Source of the DNA: Eledone cirrhosa
Taxonomy: Eukaryota
Length of the DNA: 64,000 bases
Reading direction: 5' to 3'
Assembly (NCBI GenBank): GCA_964016885.1
Contig: OZ024742.1
Span: 217,868,001 to 217,932,000, forward strand
Positions 12,395-23,091 of the stretch are shown here, in pieces. The position numbers and the translations under genes are program-made. The first letter of the stretch is position 1, and every line of letters begins with the position of its first letter. A model generated the notes under the pieces. That model worked only from the letters and a program-made list of their open reading frames with translations. It had not been told where the DNA came from and made no database searches.

Positions 12395-14537
12395 ATCATA
12401 CCGTTTCACAACACGCGCTCGGTCTGTCAAGGATGCCTTGTCTACTCCCATCTGTACGCACTGAGTCTCGAGCCAATACTGTGGAAGTTGGAGTTGTTCC
12501 AAGGCATCCTGCTCGACCCGAGACGTGGAAGGGCTGCGTCGGCCTATGCGGATGTCACCGTGATGGTGTCGAACACCTCGGAAATCGAAGTGGTCAGCAA
12601 CTTCTTAGAGGTATATGAAACGTTGATGGGAGCAAAGATAAACCTGAAGAAGTCCATGGGTTTGCAGCTCAGCACCTAAAGAGGCAAATCCATGCCATTC
12701 AACAATGTCGTCGAACGCTGGAGAGACGGCCCGTGCAGTTGCTCTGGGTCTGGTTTGGGCCAGACCCCCAGGCGAATAGGAACTGGGACGAGGTAAAGAA
12801 ATGGGCCGAGAGGAAGCTATCCATGAAAAGTCGGACAGAGGTGGTGAACGCGTACATCACGTCCGTCATTTATTATTTCCTGACCGTCCTTGCTTCACGA
12901 AATCGGAGCAACTGCTTCTCAACTTGTGGAAGGGACAATGGGTGAGGCGGTCCATCTGTAGTGACCTATATTCCGAGGGCTCATGGATACATTCTCCGTG
13001 CGTTGTTTGGCTCAGTTCAGCCAAGCGCCGCCAGCGTAGGAGAATGTATCTCGACTTCCGCCCCAGAGGGAACAATTCCCGCGGCGATTCATAAATCTCT
13101 CTCTTGCTGCTTGGACTCTGAAAGGTCAACACACAGTCATGCAACGGCGAGAGTTTCACTTTGGCCTGTCGGCCTCCTTGGGCCTGGCACAATGCCACAT
13201 TCACTTCTTAACTCTTAATAATGTTTGTTCTTTACTTTGACATGTCACTCAACTTAACTCTTTGTAATTAGTTGTGAATAAAACATGTAAAAATGTTAAG
13301 AAAGACTTTACGACTAATTCCACAAACAATCACTAATCTCACATTTAACAAAACCACACCTTTCCTGTTACAACAAATACACATCATTATAATTCTTCTT
13401 GGTGATATTCCTATTATTAGTTTTCTGCTAAACATCTGTTGCCAACACCCTCTACGCGGAGGGCTGGGCATGCCGTGGTTGATAATATACAAACATGTGC
13501 TGAGGTTACGGCATCTCCAGATATTCCTAAACGATGAACAGGTAGGGTCACCGTTTGTTTGATAGGTCTTCCCGCGGCTCGCCTCTTTGACTGAGTTGTC
13601 GTTGGTCTAGCGAAGACCGAAACAGGGCGTCAGTCATCTGGAATGTTGTCCGGCGCTTAGCGTTCTATACTAGTCGGGCAATACGGTTAATTCCACGCTT
13701 GAGTTCTATAGATGACTACTAGTGGTGGGTAAGGGCGTCGACGTTCTCGGAGAAAATCTAGACGTCGACGAAATCAAACAAACCGTTCTGTTCCAGAGAA
13801 CTTTCGAGTCGGGGACTATGGAGGATTTCCAGAAATCTCTGGCTTGGCAGAGCTACCAGAGAGCATTGCCGGTTCGAGACAAAGTGCTGTCAGAGAGGCC
13901 TACCCAAGATGCGTACAGAGTGACGAAATCGTTCTGCATGCACTCGTCCAGTGTCCCTGCATTGCTGACTTGTAGAATTTTGTTTAACAGCCATTATCGC
14001 GTGTAGGACAAATCCAGCTATCGACCGACTTCATCGTGAAGATCGCCCCGCTGCCTTCTTTTGGCCGTGAACGACAGGCAGTGTTCCTCTGTCTGGTGAC
14101 TGTAGCGAAAGAAGTTGTGTGGTGGACGCGGCTGAAAAAACTGATGACAGACACTTTTTTCTTCGCCCAAGTCCTCACCAATCTTTTCAAGTTCCACCTG
14201 GAAAAGAAGGTGAAGATGGAGAGGAAAGTGTTGGAGCCAGTACATTTGGGTGGGTGAATGTAGTGAAGATGGCTCGTGTGAATGGACCTGCTCTGACCAT
14301 GTACCTATAGGAAGTAGAGGGACACCTTCCTACGGTGCTCTTGAAGATCAGGGTGATCTGTAGGATTTCTAAGTTACCCCTGGGTGGTACTCCTCACTAT
14401 TGGAAAATTTTATTGTTATAAAATTATTTTTAATTGTTACCCGTTATCTTTTTTTACACGTTTTATGTAAACCTCCACATTCCCTGTTTTTGTATTGTCC
14501 TTTATGATTCGGCCCTAGTGGCCAAGAAAGAAATAAT
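12395..14537 (+). pseudogene. Old 5'-truncated Tx1-clade copy (ORF2 RT/C-terminus and 3'UTR) with an insertion at 12960-13432
   Basis: RSVCQGC...LEPIL..LELFQG...SAYADVTV, ICCQHPLRGGLGMPW, ARVNGPAL; 3' motif gccctagtggc; many stops and frameshifts. Confidence 0.9.
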
Positions 14538-15069
14538 CATTACATACCTTGTATTATTTCAAATTTCATTACTGTTTTCCAAATATCTTTTATTTTATTT
14601 TCAAAATTTTCATAATCAAATTTTCAAAATAGTAGACAGTCACTTAGTTGCGACCGGTAGATAGTATCAGCAACGGAAAGATCATTGGAAAAATGTATCG
14701 TTGGTTTGATTTGACGAGTTCCACCCCACTCGGTAAGCAAATGAGATCTGGGGTCGTGGCAATCAAACTCTACGCTATCAAAGAACTTCATGCCTGGCTT
14801 CTTGATACCGCATATGTCAGACGGTCAGTTGCCCCACTAAACATTAAAAAAATCGCTGTTTGCCTGCTGTAGTCACATAAAAAAGTGCTTATTATTTGAG
14901 TCATCAAGAAACTTGGAAACTAGGGACAATTTGACATGGAAATAGTCAGATGTCAACTAACCTAGCCTACCAGCACAAACTGTTGAAATAACAGCATCAA
15001 AATTTGGGTCTGTCTCCGTATCACATTGTGGTCTTTTGCATATGGATTGTATATCGTCGCCTTAATGTT

Positions 15070-15147
15070 CCATCTGAAGACGGTCTGTCATAGATTGCGT
15101 CATGGTATCATGATATAGCCATCACACCATAGAAATACATATCATGG
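15070..15147 (+). ncRNA. Candidate type I hammerhead with enlarged stem II region
   Basis: ccat CTGAAGA [51 nt] GAAA tacata TC atgg, about 40 nt upstream of a (TA)n tract. Confidence 0.4.
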
Positions 15148-15471
15148 CTATTGCGTAACTAATGAAATCTAGCATTAGTGTTGTATTATATATATATATA
15201 TATATATGAAAACGACTCAGTACAATGAACAAGTATATTAGTTATTAGTTTAACGCTTGATTTGCTAGGAAAAGAGTCTCAACATTTCGGATACCAGTCC
15301 TTCATCAGAGGATAGAATGAGAAATATAAGATGAAATAAGAAGATAGAGAGCGAAAAGAGGAAGGAACGGACAACATTTTTTGTGGGTATTTATGAAAGC
15401 ATATATGCTTGTGTAAGAACATTCTCTCATATATAAACACTCTAGTGTATGTGTGTATGTATGTAATTATT

Positions 15472-15546
<75 letters not shown>

Positions 15547-15710
15547 GGGAGAGAGGGGAGAGAGGGGGGAGATAGATAGATAGATAGATAGAGAGTGATG
15601 TGTGCGTGTGCGTACGTGTGTCAGTGTGAAAAACCAGGGTTATTTCAGAAAGATGTGAAGAACGGCTGGGCAAACATTAACATTACCTAAGACAGCAGTA
15701 ACTGCCAGGA

Positions 15711-15752
<42 letters not shown>

Positions 15753-15887
15753 GGTGGTGGTGGTGGTGGTGCTCGTGGTGGTAGTGCTAATATTATTATT
15801 AGTTGAATCTATTGGTGTTGATACTGATGTTAGATTGATGTACCTGGAAAAAGTAACATGGATGTTGTACAGACACAGGCACACACA

Positions 15888-16080
15888 TACAGAAACACAC
15901 GCATGAGCACACACATGCAGAAACACACGCATGAGCACACACATACAGATACACACGCATGAGCACACACATACAGAAACACACGCATGAGCACACACAT
16001 ACAGAAACACACGCATGAGCACACACATGCAGAAACACACGCATGAGCACACACATACAGATACACACGCATGAGCACAT
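15888..16080. repeat. 28-bp minisatellite
   Basis: acagaaacacacgcatgagcacacacat repeated about 7 times. Confidence 0.9.
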
Positions 16081-16654
16081 ACACACACGCACACAAGCAC
16101 ACACACATGCACACCAAGCACGCGCGCGCACGCACACACACCCACACACACGCACGCACACGCACACACATATATAGTAATACTAGCAAATATACAGAAA
16201 CGCTCGTCACAACCCATCTAGCCAAAGAACATGTGAGAGAGAATGAGCGAGAGAGGGTGAAAGAGAGATAGAGAGAGAGGGTGAAAGCGAGAGAAGGAAA
16301 GTGAGAGAGAGATAAAAGAGAGGGTGAAATAGTGAGAAAGAAAGCGAGAGAGAGATAGAGAGAGGGTGAAAGAGAGAGAAAGAAAGTGAGATAGAGATAA
16401 AGACAGAGGGTGAAAGAAATATGGAGAAAGTGAGAGAGAGATAGAGAGAGAGGATGAAAGAGAGAGAGAGAGAGAGAGAGATAGTGAAAGAGAGATAGAG
16501 AGCCAGACAGATAGATGATAGAGAGTGGTCGAGAGAATGAAAATAAAAAAGGGAAATGGTGATGGTGTTAGTGAGGAAGGGAGAGAGGAGGGGATGTGTG
16601 AAACGCGTGGTTTCTTGTGAGGCTTAATGTAACAAGTGGTTTTATGTCAATAAT

Positions 16655-16838
16655 ATTTGTTTCTACTTTTGGCACAAGACCAGCAATTATCCTAGTGTAT
16701 TACTGGTACTTTATTTTATCAACCCGTAAGGATGAAAGGCCAAGTTAACCTCGGCGGGATTTGAATTCAGATCATAAAAGGCCGTAACTCTGCTGCAAAG
16801 CATGGCGTCCGACCCTCTACCGATACTGCCAATCCAAT
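16655..16838 (-). mobile_element. tRNA-derived SINE (same family as the 55772-56888 array)
   Basis: Reverse complement ggattggcagtatcggtagagggtcggacgccatgc...ttcaaatcccgccgaggttaac...aaataaagtaccag. Confidence 0.8.
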
Positions 16839-17129
16839 AATATTAAAGTATGGATATGCTTCTTTATGGACTTTTACACAATGGGTTAGGTTTTGTAATT
16901 AAACAAACTGTTATAACTGTTTAACTACTATGATAACTATTATAAATACTATAATAACTGTTTAACTACTATAACTGTTATAAATACAATAACTGTTATA
17001 ACTACTATAATAACTGTTATAACAGTTATTAGTATATAGTATAACTACTATAATAAATGGTATAAAAAAAACTTAAAATAAATAATGGTTAATGCATATC
17101 TATTGCTGCTGTTGTTAATACAACTACTG

Positions 17130-17425
<296 letters not shown>

Positions 17426-17526
17426 GTTGTTGGCGGTGGCGGTGTCGTAGAATGCTGACTCTACTGCTCCCACAGGTCTCTCACTTTCCTTCTCTCGTCT
17501 CTTTCTCTCCCATCTCCCTTTCTCCC

Positions 17527-17568
<42 letters not shown>

Positions 17569-17766
17569 ATCTCTTTTCCACCTCTTCTCATTCATCTCCC
17601 TCTCTCCCGTCTTTCTTTCCTATCTCCCTCTCTTCCCCCCTCTCCTGCCCCTCTCTCTCTTTCACCCCTCTTTCTCTCTCTCACTGATAATAATTGGCTG
17701 GCTGGTTGCATGAACAGATGGTTATATGCTTCCGAATAGACAGGCTGACTAAATGATTATATTAGA

Positions 17767-18520
17767 TGGTTGGCTGGCTGGCTGGCCGGTGGTTGGCTGG
17801 CTGGTTGGTAGGTTAGCCAGCTGGTTGGTTGGCTGGTTGGTTGGTTAGCCAGCTGGCTGGTTAGTTAGTTGGCTGGCTGGCTGGCTGCTGGTTGGCTGGT
17901 TGGTTGGTAGGTTAGCCAGCTGGTTGGCTGGGCTGGTAGGTTGGTTAGCCAGCTGGCTGGTTAGTTAGTTGGCTGGCTGGCTGGTTGGCTGGTTAGTTGG
18001 TAGGTTAGCCAGCTGGTTGGTTGGCTGGGCTGGTAGGTTGGTTAGTCAGCTGGCTGGTTAGTTAGTTGGCTGGCTGGCTGGTTGGCTGGTTGGTAGGTTA
18101 GCCAGCTGGTTGGTTGGCTGGGCTGGTAGGTTAGCCAGCTGGTTGGTTGGCTGGTGTGTTGGTTAGCCAGCTGGCTGGTTAGTTAGTTGGCTGGCTGGCT
18201 GTTTAGCTGGTTTGTTGGTTAGCCAGCTGGCTAGTTAGCTGGATGGTTGGTTGGCTGACTGACTGGTTGGTGAACTTCTGGCTGGCTGGATGGCTGGCTG
18301 GCGGGTCGGTAGGTTAGCCAGCTCATTGACTTGCTGGCTGGCTGTTGGCTGGCGGCTGGATACTGGCTGGCTGATTGGCTGGCTGGTGGGTTACTGGTTA
18401 GTTGGCTGGCTGATGGTTAGCTGGCTGGTTGGTAGCTGGCTGGTTGGCTGGCTGGTTGGCCAGCTGGCTGGTTATCTGGCTGGCTGTCTGGTTGAGGTTA
18501 GCCAGCTGGCTGGTTGGCTT
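17767..18520. repeat. Degenerate (TGGC/TGGT)n-derived repeat
   Basis: Recurrent ggttagccagctggctggtt motifs. Confidence 0.85.
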
Positions 18521-18619
18521 GTTCAATGGTTTGGGGGATGGTTAGTAATATAACATGTTAGATGGTTAGATTGTGATTAGATGGGAGGGCAAATGAATAA
18601 ATTTAGATTTGCGGTGAGG

Positions 18620-19030
18620 TGGTGGTTAGATGGTGGTTAGATAGTAGTTAGATGGTAGTTAGATGGTGGTTAGATGGTGGTTAGGGTTAGGGTTAGATGG
18701 TGGTTAGATGGTAGTTAGATGGTGGTTAGATGGTGGTTAGATGGTGGTTAGATGGTAGTTAGATGGTAGTTAGATGGTGGTTAGATGGTGGTTAGATGGT
18801 AGTTAGATGGTGGTTAGATGGTGGTTAGATGGTGGTTAGATGGTAGTTAGATGGTGGTTAGATGGTAGTTAGATGGTGGTTAGATGGTAGTCTAGATGGT
18901 GGTTAGATGGTAGTTAGATGGTGGTTAGATGGTAGTTAGATGGTAGTTAGATGGTGGTTAGATGGTGGTTAGATGGTAGTTAGATGGTGGTTAGATGGTG
19001 GTTAGATGGTAGTTAGATGGTGGTTAGATG
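18620..19030. repeat. 11-bp tandem repeat TTAGATGGT(G/A)G
   Basis: About 35 units, with a TTAGGGTTAGGG interruption at 18681. Confidence 0.95.
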
Positions 19031-19551
19031 GATGACCAGATGCTCAGTCATTTGCACGTTAATTTCATGAGCTGGCTGTTCCATTGATAGGATCGACTGG
19101 AACACTCGTAGTCGCAACCGACGGAGTGCCATTTATATGCTGGTTATATGGTTTTTATATGGTGATTGTAAACATGGTGGTTATATATTGGTTATATTGA
19201 TGGTTAGATTGTTATGCATTGTTATGGGGGGCGGGGGCAGGGTAATGTTACACTCCATATAATACAACGGGAAGTGGTTTGGGTGGTCTAAAACCTACCC
19301 AGACACATACCTATCTATCTACTTACCAACCTACAAAACTACCAGGCTCAATTTTTAGTTGGGGTGTATAGCTTTGTGGCCTGGCATTCTGATCTAATTG
19401 GTAATGCTGTATTAGTGGTGTTGTTGTGATTGGGTGTGGTGGTGATGAATGGATAGATGGTGGAGGGTTCACCACCTATAACGCAAACTCAATAAACACA
19501 TGGCAGATCAGATAATAATGCCATCTGGTGGTTGCGAGTGGAAACGATAGA

Positions 19552-19669
<118 letters not shown>

Positions 19670-19762
19670 ACGAAACTACGTAGTCGAGGAATCTAGGAGC
19701 AGTTTAGGTATGATACATTTTATTACTAATTATATCTAAATGTTTCTTCTCTCTTCATAATG

Positions 19763-19807
<45 letters not shown>

Positions 19808-19810
19808 ATG

Positions 19811-19906
<96 letters not shown>

Positions 19907-19908
19907 TG

Positions 19909-19970
<62 letters not shown>

Positions 19971-19974
<4 letters not shown>

Positions 19975-20604
19975 TAGGTACACGTACATACATATAGGTA
20001 TACAGACGTACAGTAGTATGTATATATATATACATACATGCACACATATATATATATATATGTACGTATGGATTCACCGAACATTTATTATAATGCTCGG
20101 TGTGTTTGTAAACAAACATCCCGTATTAAGCCGTAGTGTCCAGCAACCATCGTTGCTCGTTTGTTCAACACTGACAAAGGAACGCTGTACTAGTTTCAAG
20201 CTTATTAGCTATCGTCAGCAACGTATACCTTCCTGCCAGATTGTTGAACGTATATACTTACCTTATGCATATTAACGGCTGAGTAGCCCAATTTGCATAT
20301 CGAGTGGGTTAATCGGCCGGGTGCACCGAAAACGATAAACGGAAAAAATGAAACGAAATTTCATTTCCCACTCTTAGTACGGCTGTTACTTAAATATAAG
20401 TATGTACACGTACATACATATATGTATACAGACGTACAGTAGTATGTATATATATATACATACATGCACACATATATATATGTACGTATGGATTCACCGA
20501 ACATTTATTATAATGCTCGGTGTGTTCGTAAACAAACATCCCGTATTAAGCCGTAGTGTCCAGCAACCATCGTTGCTCGTTTGTTCAACACTGACAAAGG
20601 AACG
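19971..20604 (-). repeat. 1.5 units of a 420-bp retrozyme-like repeat, a diverged relative of 1-1960
   Basis: ttgttcaacactgacaaaggaacg at 20161 and 20581; clear block homology with the 468-bp unit; abuts (TA)n. Confidence 0.88.
20181..20224 (-). ncRNA. Minimal type I hammerhead ribozyme
   Basis: Reverse complement acgttg CTGACGA tagct-aata-agctt GAAA ctag TA cagcgt. Confidence 0.85.
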
Positions 20605-20890
20605 GAGAAAGAAACTGAGAAAGAAACGGAGTGCGTAATTTTGAATGTTTTGTTGCTGTTATTGTTGTTGTTGTTATTGTGTGTATTGTGTTGGCAGGGT
20701 GTTATCTTTATAAGAAAATGAAAGTTTCTTGCGACAACCACTTTGTGTTAACTTTGACGGGGAAATTATGATTTGATATCTTTCTCCCCTCATAGCTTTC
20801 TCTCTTACACAGTGTTGACAAGTAGGTCAGTGGTCAATTGCTGCTATCATTAGCTATCTATCTATATTAGAACAATAAAAACAACACAAT

Positions 20891-20915
20891 CTATCTATCT
20901 GTCTGTTTGTCTGCC

Positions 20916-20968
<53 letters not shown>

Positions 20969-20977
20969 GCCTGTCTG

Positions 20978-21075
<98 letters not shown>

Positions 21076-21100
21076 AATCTATCTATCTATCTATCTATCT
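20891..21100. repeat. (TGTC)n(TATC)n microsatellite, target tract of the Tx1 cluster
   Basis: Direct reading. Confidence 0.95.
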
Positions 21101-21316
21101 CTCTTTCTGTCTAACGTGTGGAATATCGCCGGTAAGTTTTTTGTTAATTTCTATGCAAAAAACCGATCTAATTGTTTGAAAAAAATACAACACTTTGTAG
21201 ATTAACCCCCAAGCTGAATTGTCAGCTGGGTGGTAATCCCATTTTTCGCCCCTGTAGGGGTGAAAATTTTATTTAAAAGTTTGTTTTAAAATATCAAAAT
21301 TTACAAAGTAAAAAAC

Positions 21317-23050
21317 TTGAGCAACACTAGAACGCTGGAGAACGTTAATAGAGAAAAGAGAGAGAAAGAGGCAGATATTAACGTTATATCTGCTTCTGCT
21401 GCTATGGACGTTGCCATAGATACTGTCACAAAAGAAAAAAATATATCAACATTTGAAAATGTCATTATTATTAACAACATAATTATTAACAACAACATCA
21501 CACAAAAAAAGAAAAAGTCTTTCACTGACACAGTCAACAAGAAACAAGATTTTATAAATCTTGATATCTCCAACGCAAGACATATGCTCCAGCAAGGGAG
21601 AAAATTTGTAACTTTCGAAGAAAGAGGTGGGTTTAGAATTAACTCACCCCTTGAAATAAAGGAAGACACAAACCGCCGATCAGTCACTTTTAGGACTGCG
21701 TCAAATTCGTCAAGAAAACCGACATTTGTTAATCAGTCAGATATAGAAGATTCTTTCAAGGAGATTCTAGGAAATGTCGATTTTCTCCAGCGAGGAAAAC
21801 AGTACGGAAGTGTTTCCGTACTGTTTAAAAGCGAGGCACTGGCCCCAAAAAACTCTGTGACACCAATAGTGTCAAAAGCATACACCTTTTTCCCTACATA
21901 CATGGGGAAAAGGACACAAAAAATAAAAATAAAAAACATACCTCCAAGCATTAACATCTGGTGGATCTTGGCTGGCTTCGTAGAGCCAGAAACAGACATA
22001 ATACTTTCGATACGAAAATCCATTCGACAAAGGTGGGCGGGCACCAATTTAAAGATTCTGTTGCAAATGAAACCGGAGAGAATCTCCAAAATATCCGAAA
22101 GAGTCGTTATTGATAATAACAACAAAATAAACATTTCGGTAGAAGGAAGAAAATTTCACTGCTTTCGCTGTGGTAGCACATCTCACCTAAAAGCCTCTTG
22201 TCCACAAACACACAACATCAACATCATAAAAAAAAACGCTATTACCAACACCAACACCAAAACAACCACCACCACCACCACAAGTACAACGACAGACGAC
22301 ACGAGCAACCACACCAAAACAAACAGACACTCAACCAACAACAACAGAAAAAACAGAGACAACACCCCTGAAGAACACATCCCCACTCCATCAAACACTA
22401 CCACAAACACACATACCGAAACACCACCACCACCACACAACATACCCTTATCCCACACACCTGACGATGATTATTCATCGACGGATGAAGCTGCTTCTCC
22501 TTCTTTAAGTGAAGAAGAGGGAGAACCGCGGAAATCCAAAAAACAAAAAAAGAGACACCACAAAACCCCCAAAACTCCAATCACCAACACACAACCACAG
22601 ACACAAACAACAACACAAACAACACCACAGTCAAACATCCCCCTATCAGCAAAACCAACACCAACACCACCCCAAACACAAGCACCCACCATAAAAAGAA
22701 AACTCCCGGATGAACAACAAACTAAAACAATACAACAAAAACACAAACAACAATACGCATACATCAACACAAACAATAAGAGTTTGATGGAGGTCATCTC
22801 CCAAAACCCCAAGGTGGAGACGGAGGGCAAAACTTTCGTCAAGGCAGAATCGTCTCCACACCTTAAACTTATAAGGGTTTCTATGGAAACCTATAAAGAC
22901 CTGAAAATTAAATTTTCACAGGACGTGGGCAACCCCTGCCACAAACCCATCAACCGCGTCCTGTTGAAAGGTTTCCCCACCCCACCCAACACCCCATCCA
23001 GCACCCAAATGGAGATTGAACAACCCGATCTCCAGGAAACGAAAAGGTAA
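21317..23050 (+). CDS. ORF1 nucleic-acid-binding protein (CCHC knuckle); start uncertain, first ATG at 21404
   Basis: 577-codon open frame with CFRCGSTSHLKASC knuckle; homologous to family B ORF1. Confidence 0.85.
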   Translation: MSNTRTLENVNREKREKEADINVISASAAMDVAIDTVTKEKNISTFENVIIINNIIINNNITQKKKKSFTDTVNKKQDFINLDISNARHMLQQGRKFVTFEERGGFRINSPLEIKEDTNRRSVTFRTASNSSRKPTFVNQSDIEDSFKEILGNVDFLQRGKQYGSVSVLFKSEALAPKNSVTPIVSKAYTFFPTYMGKRTQKIKIKNIPPSINIWWILAGFVEPETDIILSIRKSIRQRWAGTNLKILLQMKPERISKISERVVIDNNNKINISVEGRKFHCFRCGSTSHLKASCPQTHNINIIKKNAITNTNTKTTTTTTTSTTTDDTSNHTKTNRHSTNNNRKNRDNTPEEHIPTPSNTTTNTHTETPPPPHNIPLSHTPDDDYSSTDEAASPSLSEEEGEPRKSKKQKKRHHKTPKTPITNTQPQTQTTTQTTPQSNIPLSAKPTPTPPQTQAPTIKRKLPDEQQTKTIQQKHKQQYAYINTNNKSLMEVISQNPKVETEGKTFVKAESSPHLKLIRVSMETYKDLKIKFSQDVGNPCHKPINRVLLKGFPTPPNTPSSTQMEIEQPDLQETKR

Positions 23051-23091
23051 GTGCACCTTTCGTCCTTTTTCTCCAACTTTTCTTCACCAAC

